Source: an uncultured Bacteroidales bacterium
GTDB lineage: Bacteria > Bacteroidota > Bacteroidia > Bacteroidales > VadinHA17
NCBI GenBank assembly: GCA_963816345.1
Contig: CAWFKI010000004.1
Location: 57,559 to 121,558 of the forward strand
DNA: 64,000 nucleotides
Direction: 5' to 3'
Below, one piece after another: positions 50,153 to 61,163 of this stretch. The notes under the pieces were generated by a model that saw only the letters and a program-made list of their open reading frames with translations, ran no database searches and was not told the DNA's origin. The number at the start of each line of letters is the position of its first letter. Position 1 is the first letter of the stretch. Made by a program: the position numbers and the translations under genes.

Positions 50153-51061
50153 CTAATTTTTTGCCATTACCGTACTCCTGACTCTTACAAGGTAATCGTC
50201 AATTTGTTCAGGATATTCAAATCCGACAAGTACCGTGTCAACAGTCCCAAGGCCAAGAACATATTTCAATGACTCATCTATTTTGTCAGGATCATACCTG
50301 AATTTGCCTGCACCTGTGAGTTTCATTCCAATAATTCCTTTTCCTTCCCTGTGAAGGCTTTCAATAACCGGGGTTATAAGAGCCGGATCATTTTTATCCA
50401 TCGACTCCCCGAATGGATTGATGCGGACATGAACTACATCTACCCAGGGATTTCCCACACAGGCTTCCAGTGCTTCAAGTGAATGAACTGATACTCCGTG
50501 GGCCCTGATTATCTTTTTTGACTTCAGATTTTCGAGTATATCCATCTGTCTCTTCTGCTGATCTGTCCAGTTGCCGTCAGTCATGCAATGGATCTGTATC
50601 ATATCCAGGTAGGGGGTATTTAATTCCTTTCTGAAACGTTCTGCAACTACATCGGCATCAGGTCGTTCAGGTTCATGAATGTTACCCTGGCTTACCCATA
50701 TTTTTGTACTGAGAGCATAGCTTTCCCTGGGAAAGCCTTTAAGTGCAGATGCAACATGTTTATGAGTGCCATAGCTGTCAGCACAATCAAAGAACCGGAT
50801 TCCCTTTTCATATGCCTGTCTGATAAGCGGCTCTGCAGATCCGGCCCTTGTAACAGCGGAAGCGGGGTTGATGCTGCTGAAACCTGTTCCCATGCCAAGA
50901 AGGGTCGACTTTATGCCTGACCTGCCGAGCCTGACAACCTCCTGTGCGACAGAAGGCTGACCAGAAGGAACAGCAAGTGCTGCTCTCCCTATCAGTACCG
51001 TTCCTGCTCCTGCAGAAACCGTAGATATGAATTGCCTGCGTGTAAGTCTTTTTCTTCCCAT
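50153..51061 (-). CDS. Tat-signal aldo/keto reductase
   Basis: TRRQFI, FDCADSYG, TK, QIH, GVSVH, GMK. Confidence 0.88.
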   Translation of the reverse strand: MGRKRLTRRQFISTVSAGAGTVLIGRAALAVPSGQPSVAQEVVRLGRSGIKSTLLGMGTGFSSINPASAVTRAGSAEPLIRQAYEKGIRFFDCADSYGTHKHVASALKGFPRESYALSTKIWVSQGNIHEPERPDADVVAERFRKELNTPYLDMIQIHCMTDGNWTDQQKRQMDILENLKSKKIIRAHGVSVHSLEALEACVGNPWVDVVHVRINPFGESMDKNDPALITPVIESLHREGKGIIGMKLTGAGKFRYDPDKIDESLKYVLGLGTVDTVLVGFEYPEQIDDYLVRVRSTVMAKN

Positions 51062-51093
51062 ATATAGTAGTTTAAAGATATATCATAAATGTG

Positions 51094-51522
51094 CTATTTC
51101 AGTCCCAGCTGCTCAACAAGTGGCCCGGGCGGAACCGGCCTCCCCTTCCTGGTTGATACTCCCGTCACCCTGGCATGAATAACATGCCTTTCATCGGGAA
51201 GCCGGAAGATATCCTGGATAAACAGAAGCCTGGCATTTCCTTCTCTTTCAATATTTAGCCTGACGGCAAACCTGTCACGGCTTCTGAGCGGATACTTGTA
51301 GTCGATCTCAACCCTTGTGACTATGAGATCAGTCCCTTCATCATGAAGCTTAACAAAGCTGATTCCCCTTGATACCATAAACTCGTGACGGGCATGCTCA
51401 AGATAATGCAGATAGACTGCATTATTGACAACTCCCTGAAGGTCGCACTCATAGTCCCTTACAACAAATTCGAGACTGAACATGTAACTGTTGTCTGCCG
51501 TTATATTACTGCCCCTGAGCAT
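51094..51522 (-). CDS. acyl-CoA thioesterase (YbgC/4HBT family)
   Basis: VRDYECDLQGVVNNAVYLHYLEHAR. Confidence 0.9.
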   Translation of the reverse strand: MLRGSNITADNSYMFSLEFVVRDYECDLQGVVNNAVYLHYLEHARHEFMVSRGISFVKLHDEGTDLIVTRVEIDYKYPLRSRDRFAVRLNIEREGNARLLFIQDIFRLPDERHVIHARVTGVSTRKGRPVPPGPLVEQLGLK

Positions 51523-51574
51523 CCTTGAATTTCCGAGTTATTAATAGCAAATGATGAACTTTTCTCATTACGGC

Positions 51575-52024
51575 TTATCTGGGAAAACGTCTGAAAAATT
51601 TCAGCAGACTCCCATGAAACCGGTGAATTCCATTTGGTTTATAATGCATAAGTATACACTCCCCGGTAATGTAATTGATATCCGTATTTTTCAGTTCATC
51701 CAGAACCGCCTTGCTGTCAGCCATCTGCTGGATCCAGATCCCTTTTATCCCTTTAGCAAGCGCTTCCTTCACAACTGACATTGTCCTGTCCTTCCTTGTC
51801 ATAACAATTATCCCCTTTATATCAGAGGGAAGAGAGGTAACATTACGGTATGATTTTTCACCCATTATCTCATCCGTTTCTGGATTGACCGGGACAACTT
51901 TCATACCTTTATCCTTAAGTTCCCTGAATGCAGCATATCCGAATTTTTTCGGATTACGTGAAACTCCCACTAATGCAATTGGTTGAGATTCAAGAAATTG
52001 ATTAATTTGTTTCAATGTATTCAT
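51575..52024 (-). CDS. CoA-binding protein
   Basis: IALVGVSR, PVNP, IWIQ, CILM. Confidence 0.88.
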   Translation of the reverse strand: MNTLKQINQFLESQPIALVGVSRNPKKFGYAAFRELKDKGMKVVPVNPETDEIMGEKSYRNVTSLPSDIKGIIVMTRKDRTMSVVKEALAKGIKGIWIQQMADSKAVLDELKNTDINYITGECILMHYKPNGIHRFHGSLLKFFRRFPR

Positions 52025-52177
52025 AATCTGCTTTTTTTAATGGAACAAAAATTGAAAATTAATAATTTGATCTCTGTTAACCGGGTAAGTATAAAGACTT
52101 AAAAATACAAAAAAAAAACCAACCGACATTAATTTTTATTTACTTGGTATAAAGGTTTCTTAAATATTAAAAAAGTT

Positions 52178-53462
52178 ATGAAAAAGCCAGAGGACCGCAC
52201 CGGTTACCTTTTTTCAAAAGGCTACTCAAATTATGTTTTCATTTTGCTGTTTCTCCTGTATATGTTTGATTATATCGACAGAATGGTAGTTACATCAATG
52301 TTCACATCAATTGAGAGAGACTGGGGTATTACACATACACAGAGTGGGCTGCTGGTTTCGGCTGTATACTGGGCGATTGTGCTGCTTACATTTCCCATTT
52401 CTATCCTTGTCGACAGATGGAGCAGGACAAAAACAATTGGAATAATGGCAATAATGTGGAGCCTGGCAACTGCAATCTGTGCTTTGACCGGTAACTTTGT
52501 CCAGCTCTTCATGGCGAGGCTTCTTATCGGTGTCGGTGAAGCCGGATATGCCCCCGGGGGGAGTGCCATGATCTCCGGATTATACCCTGTTGACAGGAGA
52601 GCCAGAATGATGGGCATATGGAATGCTTCAATCCCTCTGGGTTCTGCGATAGGCGTGCTTCTGGGGGGAATTATTGCAGTCAGACTGGGATGGAAGCATG
52701 CCTTCGGGATTGTAGCAATTCCGGGATTGATCATTTCTGTACTTTTTTTGTTCGTAAAGGATTATAAAACAGTTGATCTCTCCTTTATCGATAAAAACAG
52801 CAATAAGGTAAAGATGGAGAGCAGGGATATCGTAAGGGAGTTTATTACCAAACCATCGGTACTTTTTACCTATTTTGGCATAGCCTCGGTTGTGTTTGTT
52901 ACAACATCAATGCTTACCTGGCTGCCCACATATTTTGAAAAAGTAAGGAACCTTCCACAGGAGAAGGCGGGACAACTGGCGAGCACCGTGATGCTGCTAG
53001 CCATCGTTGGAGCTCCCCTGGGAGGCTATCTTACTGACATGTGGAGAAAGACAAAAGTTAATGCGCGCCTGGTCTACCCGGCCCTCTCGACACTCCTGTC
53101 AGCAGTGATACTCTTCTATTGCCCTGACGGTGCTTAAAGGTACCGTGCAATACATTGCATTTCTTATTTTCGGAGTGCTTGTGCTGTCATTCATTTCAGG
53201 AGCAGCCGCCGTTACACAGGATGTCATTCATCCCGGCTTAAGAGCCAGCTCCTATGCAATAGCCGTGGTTGTACAAAACCTTCTGGGTGCATCTACTGCA
53301 CCGGTAATAATGGGGAAGATCTATGACCTTACAAATATCCAGACTGCATTATCTGTTCTCCCTTTTGTACTTTTGATCGGATCAGTTCTGTTCTGGGCAG
53401 GTTCAAAATATTATACAACCGACCTGGGAAAGGTTGCCCCCATTGAGCTTACGGCAGGATGA
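52178..53462 (+). pseudogene. MFS transporter split by a +1 frameshift (or sequencing error)
   Basis: DYIDR, DRWSR, RLLIGVGEA in ORF 52178-53137. Removing one base near 53117 (ctc ttc T att gcc ctg) joins it to the last TM helices in ORF 53130-53462. Confidence 0.8.
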
Positions 53463-53482
53463 AACAAAAGAGGTGGATGAAC

Positions 53483-54457
53483 TCATATTTTCCTTGAGGT
53501 CGTAAAAAGGACAAATTCCTTCAATGATTCTTTAACATCTGAATCCTGATATGAGTCAAGTATGGCAAGGGCTTTATCCCTGTAATGGTTCATTTTGAGT
53601 TCTGAATAGTTCATGCCTCCATACTCAGATACAAAAGCGATCACTTCCCTGATCTCTGTTTTTGACTTTTTCCTGTTTTTCAGAATGCCGAGTATATGTC
53701 GCTTCTTTGATCCGGGCGATTTCTCAAGGGCATAGATCAGCGGCAGAGTGATTTTTTTCTCCTTTATATCATTTCCTGCTGTTTTTCCTGTAAGCCCGGT
53801 CCCCTCATAATCGAGGAGATCATCCTTTATCTGGAAGGCTATACCGATGTTTTCCCCGAAATCTTTCATTTGCCTGATAGTTTCGGCATTTTCAGTAACT
53901 GATCTTGCCCCGCATGCCGTGCAGGCAGAAATCAGTGCTGCAGTTTTACTTCCTATGATCCTGAAGTAATCCTCTTCTTTAATATTCAGTTTTCTTGCCT
54001 TCTGCAGCTGAAGCAACTCCCCTTCACTCATCGACCTTACAGCATCTGATACAATCTCGAGCATATCAAGACGATTCTTTTCAACGCTTATGAGCATCCC
54101 CTTTGAGAGTAAATAATCACCTACAAGCACGGCTATCTTGGAATTCCAGAGAGCATTGATAGAGAGGGCGCCGCGTCTTTCATTCGCATCGTCCACAACA
54201 TCATCGTGAACCAGGGAGGCCGTATGAAGAAGTTCAATGAAGGTTGCCGCTACGAAGCTGGCTTCAGTGATTTCACCATTGAGCCTGGCGGTGAGAAAGA
54301 CCAGCATGGGCCTCATCTGCTTCCCTTTCCGGCGAAGTATATAATTAATGATGATCTTTAACAGGGGGATCTCACTGCGAATGGTCTTATTGAAGTAGAC
54401 CTCAAATTCAGCCATCTCCTTTTCAACTGGTTGTCTTATTCGGGTGAGGGTGGACAT
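53483..54457 (-). CDS. polyprenyl (octaprenyl-type) diphosphate synthase
   Basis: GKQMRP, HDDVVD, RRG, GDYL, KTA, FQIKDDLLD. Confidence 0.93.
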   Translation of the reverse strand: MSTLTRIRQPVEKEMAEFEVYFNKTIRSEIPLLKIIINYILRRKGKQMRPMLVFLTARLNGEITEASFVAATFIELLHTASLVHDDVVDDANERRGALSINALWNSKIAVLVGDYLLSKGMLISVEKNRLDMLEIVSDAVRSMSEGELLQLQKARKLNIKEEDYFRIIGSKTAALISACTACGARSVTENAETIRQMKDFGENIGIAFQIKDDLLDYEGTGLTGKTAGNDIKEKKITLPLIYALEKSPGSKKRHILGILKNRKKSKTEIREVIAFVSEYGGMNYSELKMNHYRDKALAILDSYQDSDVKESLKEFVLFTTSRKI

Positions 54458-54612
54458 TATTAAATATTTCTTTCAAATATAGTAAAATCATTACATCAAG
54501 AGCATCTGACTGAGCTTGTGGTGAGTTTTTGATTGAAATTTCAATTGTTCCCTCCGATACCCGGAACATATTAACATAAATGTATATATTTGTGCAACAA
54601 AATGTTGATCGG

Positions 54613-54909
54613 ATGGAATTTGTAGAACCGGATCCCGAAAATCTTGAAAAGGCAGCAATCATGCTTAAGGCTATTGCACATCCCATACGGATATCCATAG
54701 TAGGATACCTTGAAAACGGGGAAAAACGGACAGTTACTGAAATACATAAGCATCTTGGCATAGAACAATCCATTGCATCGCATCATCTGGGAATTCTCAG
54801 GGACCGTGGTGTCCTGGCTTCTAAGCGGGAAGGGAAGAACACATGGTACTATCTGAAACATAAGGATATCACGACAATACTAAACTGCGTCAGCACCTGC
54901 TGCCAGTAA
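54613..54909 (+). CDS. ArsR/SmtB family regulator
   Basis: LKAIAHPIRISI, SHHLGIL, REGK..WY. TATATTTG at 54585-54592 favours ATG 54613. Confidence 0.9.
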   Translation: MEFVEPDPENLEKAAIMLKAIAHPIRISIVGYLENGEKRTVTEIHKHLGIEQSIASHHLGILRDRGVLASKREGKNTWYYLKHKDITTILNCVSTCCQ

Positions 54910-54917
54910 ACCACACA

Positions 54918-55526
54918 TCATTTCAGGTCCCTGAACATTCTCTTCTGAAAAAGAACTATGGCAATTACGCCGCATGTAATTGCCGAATCGGCAATGTTGA
55001 AAACAGGCCTGAAAAATACAAATGATTCACCCGGTCTGAATGGCGACCAGGTGGGCCAGTGTGTATCGATTATGGGAAAATAGAACATATCAACAACCCG
55101 CCCGTGAAGAAAAGAGGAATAACCTCCGCCGGGAGGAAATAATACTGCAATGTGATTGAAGCTTTCACTGAAAATCATGCCATAGAATGCACTGTCAATT
55201 ATATTTCCGATTGCACCGGCCATTATGGCGCTTACAGCAAGAACAAGTCCGGGGTTGGCCTTTTTGTCAATCAGTGATTTAAGAAACCAGCCAATACCGA
55301 AAATTGCGACTATCCTGAATATGCTCAGGATAAATTTGCCCGGTTTTCCTCCCATCTCCATCCCGAACGCCATTCCGTTATTTTCAATGAAATGGATAAG
55401 TCCCCAGTTATCGAACAGATGTATCTCCTGACCAATCACCATATGGGTTTTAACCCAGATTTTCAGGAACTGATCCGCAAAGAGTATAATGAGTATAAAA
55501 AGAACTGATTTATTTCTTACCGACAT
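54918..55526 (-). CDS. lspA: lipoprotein signal peptidase (long Bacteroidota type)
   Basis: DQ..K, N.GMAFG, GAIGNIID, VVDM, FNIADS. Confidence 0.93.
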   Translation of the reverse strand: MSVRNKSVLFILIILFADQFLKIWVKTHMVIGQEIHLFDNWGLIHFIENNGMAFGMEMGGKPGKFILSIFRIVAIFGIGWFLKSLIDKKANPGLVLAVSAIMAGAIGNIIDSAFYGMIFSESFNHIAVLFPPGGGYSSFLHGRVVDMFYFPIIDTHWPTWSPFRPGESFVFFRPVFNIADSAITCGVIAIVLFQKRMFRDLK

Positions 55527-55693
55527 GTTTATAATGTTAAAATTAAGAGCCGCAAAATAGTAAAAAATATTGATATTGATAATCAACATTCAAGCATGTA
55601 GATCCTTAGCCCCGGTTGACAACAGCCGGGAAAAGAGCAAAGCTCATGTCTTGTGAATGTGGAAGATCGGGCTTATAAGCTGCCTGGAATTTA

Positions 55694-56503
55694 TTATTGA
55701 CAGATTGTATTAATTTTATTTGAATCCCAGCAATGCCAGTTTTCATCCTGCAGGTAATCAACGCTTTTAAGCCTGCCATTTCTCGTAGAACTATCCCACT
55801 CAATGTCGGAATCTGAGTATAACCCGTTTGCAAAATGAATATTAAAGCTGGAATCATATGTCCCGGATATTCCTGCAGATGTGATATAGCTATCCTTGTA
55901 AGTGTCATTTTTTATGTAAGTATATTTTACACTCGTAATCAGATCACCGGATTTTGTCCAGTCTGTCTGGAACATTGGCAATGGTGCGAGAGGGCTTTCA
56001 TTGAAGATCCACTGTCCGGCGGAAGCATCAGGCAGCGATGTTCCCTCTACCCACAGAAAGTCAGAGTACCCCCCTGTACCTTCAAGAGTGATGTACATTT
56101 TCCATAAATTCAGGGTGGTAGTGATCTGTCCGGTCAGCCTTGCCTTGTATGTCACCCCGGTTATTGTGAAATCATAACTCCATTGCCAGAGATTTTCAGA
56201 GACGAATGCCGGATTATTCTCAACCGTATTTTGAAACGAGGAAACGGGAACTTCAAGATTTGTGGATATCAGCGAATTCCAGACACCTGAAACAGCTGCT
56301 GCAAATTCCCAGGTGCTGCTTTCGGTTCCCTTGATGAAAGGAGCCACAGGAGCCGATTTCTTCTGACTTGTAAAGTTGCTGAAATCGATTATCATGGATC
56401 CATAAGGCGGTAGAACGGGAGGCTCTCCCTTGCTCTTTTTGCAGTCCGTAAGAAAGCTGGCAGAGAACATAATAATTATGCCAAGCAGAATTGATTTTTT
56501 CAT
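55694..56503 (-). CDS. hypothetical lipoprotein
   Basis: Signal ending LTDC followed by KKSK; Trp-rich beta-strand domain. Confidence 0.75.
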   Translation of the reverse strand: MKKSILLGIIIMFSASFLTDCKKSKGEPPVLPPYGSMIIDFSNFTSQKKSAPVAPFIKGTESSTWEFAAAVSGVWNSLISTNLEVPVSSFQNTVENNPAFVSENLWQWSYDFTITGVTYKARLTGQITTTLNLWKMYITLEGTGGYSDFLWVEGTSLPDASAGQWIFNESPLAPLPMFQTDWTKSGDLITSVKYTYIKNDTYKDSYITSAGISGTYDSSFNIHFANGLYSDSDIEWDSSTRNGRLKSVDYLQDENWHCWDSNKINTICQ

Positions 56504-56821
56504 AGCGATAGTTAATTACTGACTGGGAATATTTATTTTATAAAACGGATTTTCATGAACAAAGATAAAAGCTAAATACTATAAATGATATTAAAAGAGG
56601 GAATTATTAATTAATCGCCTGATTTTAAAAATGGGGATAACAAATGAATTAATATTGAAAGAGATTAGATATCTTTATGTTAATAATATTATTGAAGTAT
56701 TAAATATCAGGCCTGACATAAATAGTATTATTACTTTTTCATTATTTTTGAATGGGATGATTTAAGAAGGGAAGAGTGCAGGTTTCAAAGGATTCTGTGT
56801 ACTTATTTAAAATTAGTTTGA

Positions 56822-58150
56822 ATGTTTAATTCTTCTCCTCTGAAATATTTAAATTATTTTACCCTTGTCATATCCCTGTCATATGGTTTCACCCCTTTAT
56901 TTTCAGCCAATATTCATTTACAGGATACTGTAACTGCCAGAATTCATTCAGGGGATACGATAACTGCCAGACATTCGGGGGATACGGTAACAGTCAGACA
57001 TCCAGGGGATACGGCGACTGCCGGAATTCATTCACAGGATACGGCAACTGCTAAAATTCATTCAGGGGATTCTTTGGCAACCAATCTCCGGTCAGCGGAT
57101 ACGGTAATTACCAATCCGAAAGAATTCAGAGCTGAAGAGATCACCCTGGGAGAACGTCTTTTCTTCGGACTGGTCTATACCAAAGATAAATCTGTTGACT
57201 GTGCCGCCTGTCACAATACCCGTACTTCGGACACTCTGAACTGGAATCCGGATGCGGTGGAAATTTCCAAAAAATATGCTGGAAAAAGTGTCAGCGATCT
57301 GACCAGGGTCTTGCTCAATCCGTCAGGGCAGAGAATGGCTCAGGTGCATAAAAATTTCCAGCTTGCTCCGGGGGATATAAGGCTTATAAAAGCTTATATG
57401 GACAGGCTTCCGGCAATAGGTCTTATAAAAGATAAACCTGTTCTTACAAATCTTTTTCTATTCATAGCAGCATCGCTCCTTTTCCTTTTTTCAACAATTG
57501 ACCTTATAATTACCAAATGGCTGAAAATGCAGTGGATAAATCTCCTTATACTGCTGGTCACGGCGATTTATATCACCTGGTCTCTTGTTATTGATGCCAT
57601 TAACATCGGCCGTTCTCCCGGTTACTCCCCCGATCAGCCTGTAAAGTTTTCGCATGCTATCCATGCTGGCCAGAATGGGACCGAATGCATTTATTGCCAC
57701 AGCTATGCTCCTTACAGCAAAATGGCCGGAATCCCTCCTGAGAATGTATGTATGAATTGTCATCTGATTGTCCGCAGCGGGGCCAGAACAGGTGCATTCG
57801 AAATAGCCAAAATACTGAGCGCTTATGAGAATAAAAAGCCGATAAAATGGGTTAAGGTTTACAATCTTCCCGATCATGTATTCTTCAGCCATGCCCAGCA
57901 TGTCGCAGCAGGAGGAGTAGCCTGCCCGGAATGCCATGGAGAGGTTGAGAAAATGGACAGAATAACGCAGGCAGGTGACCTGGCCATGGGATGGTGCATT
58001 AATTGTCACCGTACCAGGAACGTAAAATTTGAGGAAAATATTTTCTATACCCAGTACAGGGAACTCTCCGGAGCGATTCAAAGAGGAGCTTCGGACAGTA
58101 TTACTGTGGAGAGAATAGGTGGAACACAATGCATGAAATGCCATTATTAA
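56822..58150 (+). CDS. actA: alternative complex III subunit ActA (monoheme plus pentaheme cytochrome c)
   Basis: CAACH, two TM helices, then QPVKFSH..HAG with CIYCH, CMNCH, CPECH, CINCH and terminal CMKCHY. Confidence 0.9.
   Translation: MFNSSPLKYLNYFTLVISLSYGFTPLFSANIHLQDTVTARIHSGDTITARHSGDTVTVRHPGDTATAGIHSQDTATAKIHSGDSLATNLRSADTVITNPKEFRAEEITLGERLFFGLVYTKDKSVDCAACHNTRTSDTLNWNPDAVEISKKYAGKSVSDLTRVLLNPSGQRMAQVHKNFQLAPGDIRLIKAYMDRLPAIGLIKDKPVLTNLFLFIAASLLFLFSTIDLIITKWLKMQWINLLILLVTAIYITWSLVIDAINIGRSPGYSPDQPVKFSHAIHAGQNGTECIYCHSYAPYSKMAGIPPENVCMNCHLIVRSGARTGAFEIAKILSAYENKKPIKWVKVYNLPDHVFFSHAQHVAAGGVACPECHGEVEKMDRITQAGDLAMGWCINCHRTRNVKFEENIFYTQYRELSGAIQRGASDSITVERIGGTQCMKCHY
56912..57115 (+). 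repeat. in-frame 27/30 bp coding tandem repeat, seven copies, in actA
   Basis: IHLQDTVTAR/IHSGDTITAR/HSGDTVTVR/HPGDTATAG/IHSQDTATAK/IHSGDSLATN/LRSADTVITN. Confidence 0.9.
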
Positions 58151-58181
58151 CAGATGAGGTTCGAAAATAGAGGTTTATATT

Positions 58182-61142
58182 ATGAAGAATAACAGGAAGA
58201 ACCCGGGAGAATTTCAGAGCCTTGCTACTGCTAACTCTGCGAAAGAGGAGGAGGAAAACAACAACCGGATCATGGAATTGTTTGAGGAAGATTTCCTGAA
58301 ATCAAGCAGCTCAAGAAGAGATTTTCTGAAGATTTTCGGATTCAGCTTTGCCTCGGCCTCACTTATCGCCGCATGTAAAAGACCTGTGCAGAATGCAATT
58401 CCCTATGTTATACAACCGCCGGAATTAACTCCGGGTAAAGCTTTGTATTATGCAACAACCTTCTACGATGGCCATGAATATTGCTCCGTACTGGTAAAGA
58501 CACGTGATGGCCGTCCAATAAAGATCGAAGGCAATTCCCTCTCTGCCTTTAACGGTGAAGGTACGACAGCGAGGGTACAGGCATCCGTTTTAAGCCTTTA
58601 CGATGATGCCCGCCTGAAATCACCGGAGTTTAATCAGAAACCTGTTTCCTGGGAAGCTATCGACGGGAAAATTATCAATGATCTCTCAGTCATCAATTCC
58701 GCCGGCGGCAAGATATTGCTCCTTACCTCATCAATAAACTCGCCGGCGACAATCAGGCTTATTAAGGAATTCGGGGCCGGTTTTAAGAATTTCAGATGGG
58801 TGCAATATGATGCAATATCTTATTCTGCAATTATTGAAGCCAACTCCTTATGTTTCGGAAAAGGTGTTATCCCCGATTATAATTTTCAGAATACACAGCT
58901 TGTAGTTGCAGTTAATGCTGACTTCCTGGGCACATGGCTTGCTCCGGTTCATTTTATACCAAAGTATGTGGCACGCAGACGGCTGAATAACGGGGAGAAG
59001 AGTATGCTCCGCCACATACATTATGAATCGGGAATGAGTCTTACCGGCAGCAATGCTGACGTGAGAAAACCAATCAGACCTTCCGAGGAAAAGATTCTGC
59101 TGACCGATCTTTATAACAGGATCGCAGGACTGACCGGCGCTGAAAGACTTCCTGCTGCAACATTCCGCGAGGACCTGTCATCGCTCGCTGCAAGCCTTAT
59201 TGCCTCAAAAGGCAGATCGCTGGTGCTTTCAGGCACCAATAATGTTGAAATACAAATAATTGTAAATGGAATTAATACCCTGCTCGGTAATTATTCAGAG
59301 TGTATCGACCTGAACAACCATGTAAATATAAGCGCAGGAATTGACAGTGAGGCTGAGTCTCTTGCTGATGACCTGAACGACGGGAAGGTCAAAGTGCTGC
59401 TGATGTATAATATAAATCCTCTTTATGATTATCCCGCACCGGACAGATTTCTATCGGGTATAAAAAATATTGACATGACTGTCAATATGGCGGCCTCTCT
59501 GAATGAGACGGTTGGGATCGTGAAATATGAATGTCCTGTCCACCATTACCTGGAATCCTGGAATGATGCAGAAATAATCCCCGGGCAGCTGAGCCTGAGC
59601 CAGCCATGCATCAACCCTCTCTTTAATACCCGTTCTTTCCAGGACTCATTATTAAAATGGTCAGGAAACTCAATGTCGTGGCAAGACTACCTGGCCGGAA
59701 ACTGGGAAAAGGAATATTTTCCAAAATCATCCCTTCCGTCATTCAGGAATTTCTGGAATAAAGTTCTTGGAGACGGTGTTTTCAATTATTCCGTTAATGA
59801 AAAGAAATCCTATCCGTTTAACAGGGAATCTCTTGCCCGGGTCATAAAATCTGAAGAAGCAACAGTTTCAGAGGGATATGAAATTATAATTTCTGAAAGT
59901 GTTTCTATGGGGACAGGTATGTATGCCAATAATCCATGGCTGATGGAGCTTCCTGATCCTGTTTCCCGGCAGTGCTGGGAGAATGTGGCTGCGATATCCC
60001 CGGTCGATGCCGTGAAGATGGGAGCGAAAACCGGTCATTTATTGAAAATTACGGAGGATCTGATCCTGCCGGCTTTTGTTCAGCCGGGACAGGCCGAAGG
60101 TACAATATCCGTAGCCGCAGGGTATGGACATATAAATTCGGGTCCTGTTGCCCTCGACGCAGGCGAAAATATCTTCCCGTTTGTGAAAATTTCAGGAGGC
60201 AACCGCAATTATGGATTTAAGGTCAGAAGTGTGGAGAACACCTTAAGGGAAAGACAGCTTGCCCTCATCCAGGTCTATTCATCCATGGAGGGAAGACCTA
60301 TAGTAAGGGAAACAGTATTAAGCAGATACAGAAAGAATCCGGTATCAGGAAATGAGATGCATGAAGGATTTGAATCTCAACACAAGACTCTTTATCCCGA
60401 AATAAAGTATGATGGCTTTCATTGGGCGGTTGCAATTGACCTGAATGCCTGTGTCGGATGTAATTCCTGCGTAATTGCCTGTCAGGCAGAGAATAATATT
60501 CCTGTTGTCGGAAAAGACCAGGTGACAAGAAGGAGGATCATGCACTGGATCAAAATAGACCGTTATTACTCTGATTCAGAGATTAATCCTGAAGTGTATT
60601 TCCAGCCGGTAATGTGCCAGCACTGTGATAATGCACCCTGTGAAAATGTGTGCCCTGTGTCAGCTACCAACCACAGCAGCGAAGGGTTGAACCAGATGAC
60701 TTATAACAGATGTGTGGGGACCAAGTATTGCATTAATAACTGTCCTTATAAGGTCAGAAGATTTAACTGGTACAGGTATACTAATAACAAAGCATTCGAT
60801 TTTAATACTGCGTCGGATCTTGGCAGGATGGTTTTAAATCCCGATGTTACCGTAAGGGAACGAGGAGTGGTGGAGAAATGTTCTTTCTGTGTTCAGCGTA
60901 TTCAGGAGAAAAAGCTGCAGGCGAAGCTTGAGAACCGTATACTGAAGGATGGCGAAATCAAAACCGCCTGCATGCAGGCATGCCCTGCGGGAGCTATAAT
61001 ATTCGGGAACCTGAATGACAGCGAGAGTAAAGTATCGGGTTTATTCCGTGATCCGAGACGCTACCATCTGCTGGAAGAACTTCATACTCTGCCATCGGTG
61101 GGATTCCTGACCAGAGTAAGAAATGACGAAGAGATAATATGA
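58182..61142 (+). CDS. actB: alternative complex III subunit ActB (molybdopterin-like plus Fe-S)
   Basis: SRRDFLK Tat motif, GRPIKIEGN, CVGCNSCVIAC, CQHCDNAPCENVCP, CVGTKYC.NNCPY, EKCSFC. Confidence 0.93.
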   Translation: MKNNRKNPGEFQSLATANSAKEEEENNNRIMELFEEDFLKSSSSRRDFLKIFGFSFASASLIAACKRPVQNAIPYVIQPPELTPGKALYYATTFYDGHEYCSVLVKTRDGRPIKIEGNSLSAFNGEGTTARVQASVLSLYDDARLKSPEFNQKPVSWEAIDGKIINDLSVINSAGGKILLLTSSINSPATIRLIKEFGAGFKNFRWVQYDAISYSAIIEANSLCFGKGVIPDYNFQNTQLVVAVNADFLGTWLAPVHFIPKYVARRRLNNGEKSMLRHIHYESGMSLTGSNADVRKPIRPSEEKILLTDLYNRIAGLTGAERLPAATFREDLSSLAASLIASKGRSLVLSGTNNVEIQIIVNGINTLLGNYSECIDLNNHVNISAGIDSEAESLADDLNDGKVKVLLMYNINPLYDYPAPDRFLSGIKNIDMTVNMAASLNETVGIVKYECPVHHYLESWNDAEIIPGQLSLSQPCINPLFNTRSFQDSLLKWSGNSMSWQDYLAGNWEKEYFPKSSLPSFRNFWNKVLGDGVFNYSVNEKKSYPFNRESLARVIKSEEATVSEGYEIIISESVSMGTGMYANNPWLMELPDPVSRQCWENVAAISPVDAVKMGAKTGHLLKITEDLILPAFVQPGQAEGTISVAAGYGHINSGPVALDAGENIFPFVKISGGNRNYGFKVRSVENTLRERQLALIQVYSSMEGRPIVRETVLSRYRKNPVSGNEMHEGFESQHKTLYPEIKYDGFHWAVAIDLNACVGCNSCVIACQAENNIPVVGKDQVTRRRIMHWIKIDRYYSDSEINPEVYFQPVMCQHCDNAPCENVCPVSATNHSSEGLNQMTYNRCVGTKYCINNCPYKVRRFNWYRYTNNKAFDFNTASDLGRMVLNPDVTVRERGVVEKCSFCVQRIQEKKLQAKLENRILKDGEIKTACMQACPAGAIIFGNLNDSESKVSGLFRDPRRYHLLEELHTLPSVGFLTRVRNDEEII

Positions 61143-61163
61143 CGGATAAACAACATATAACCG

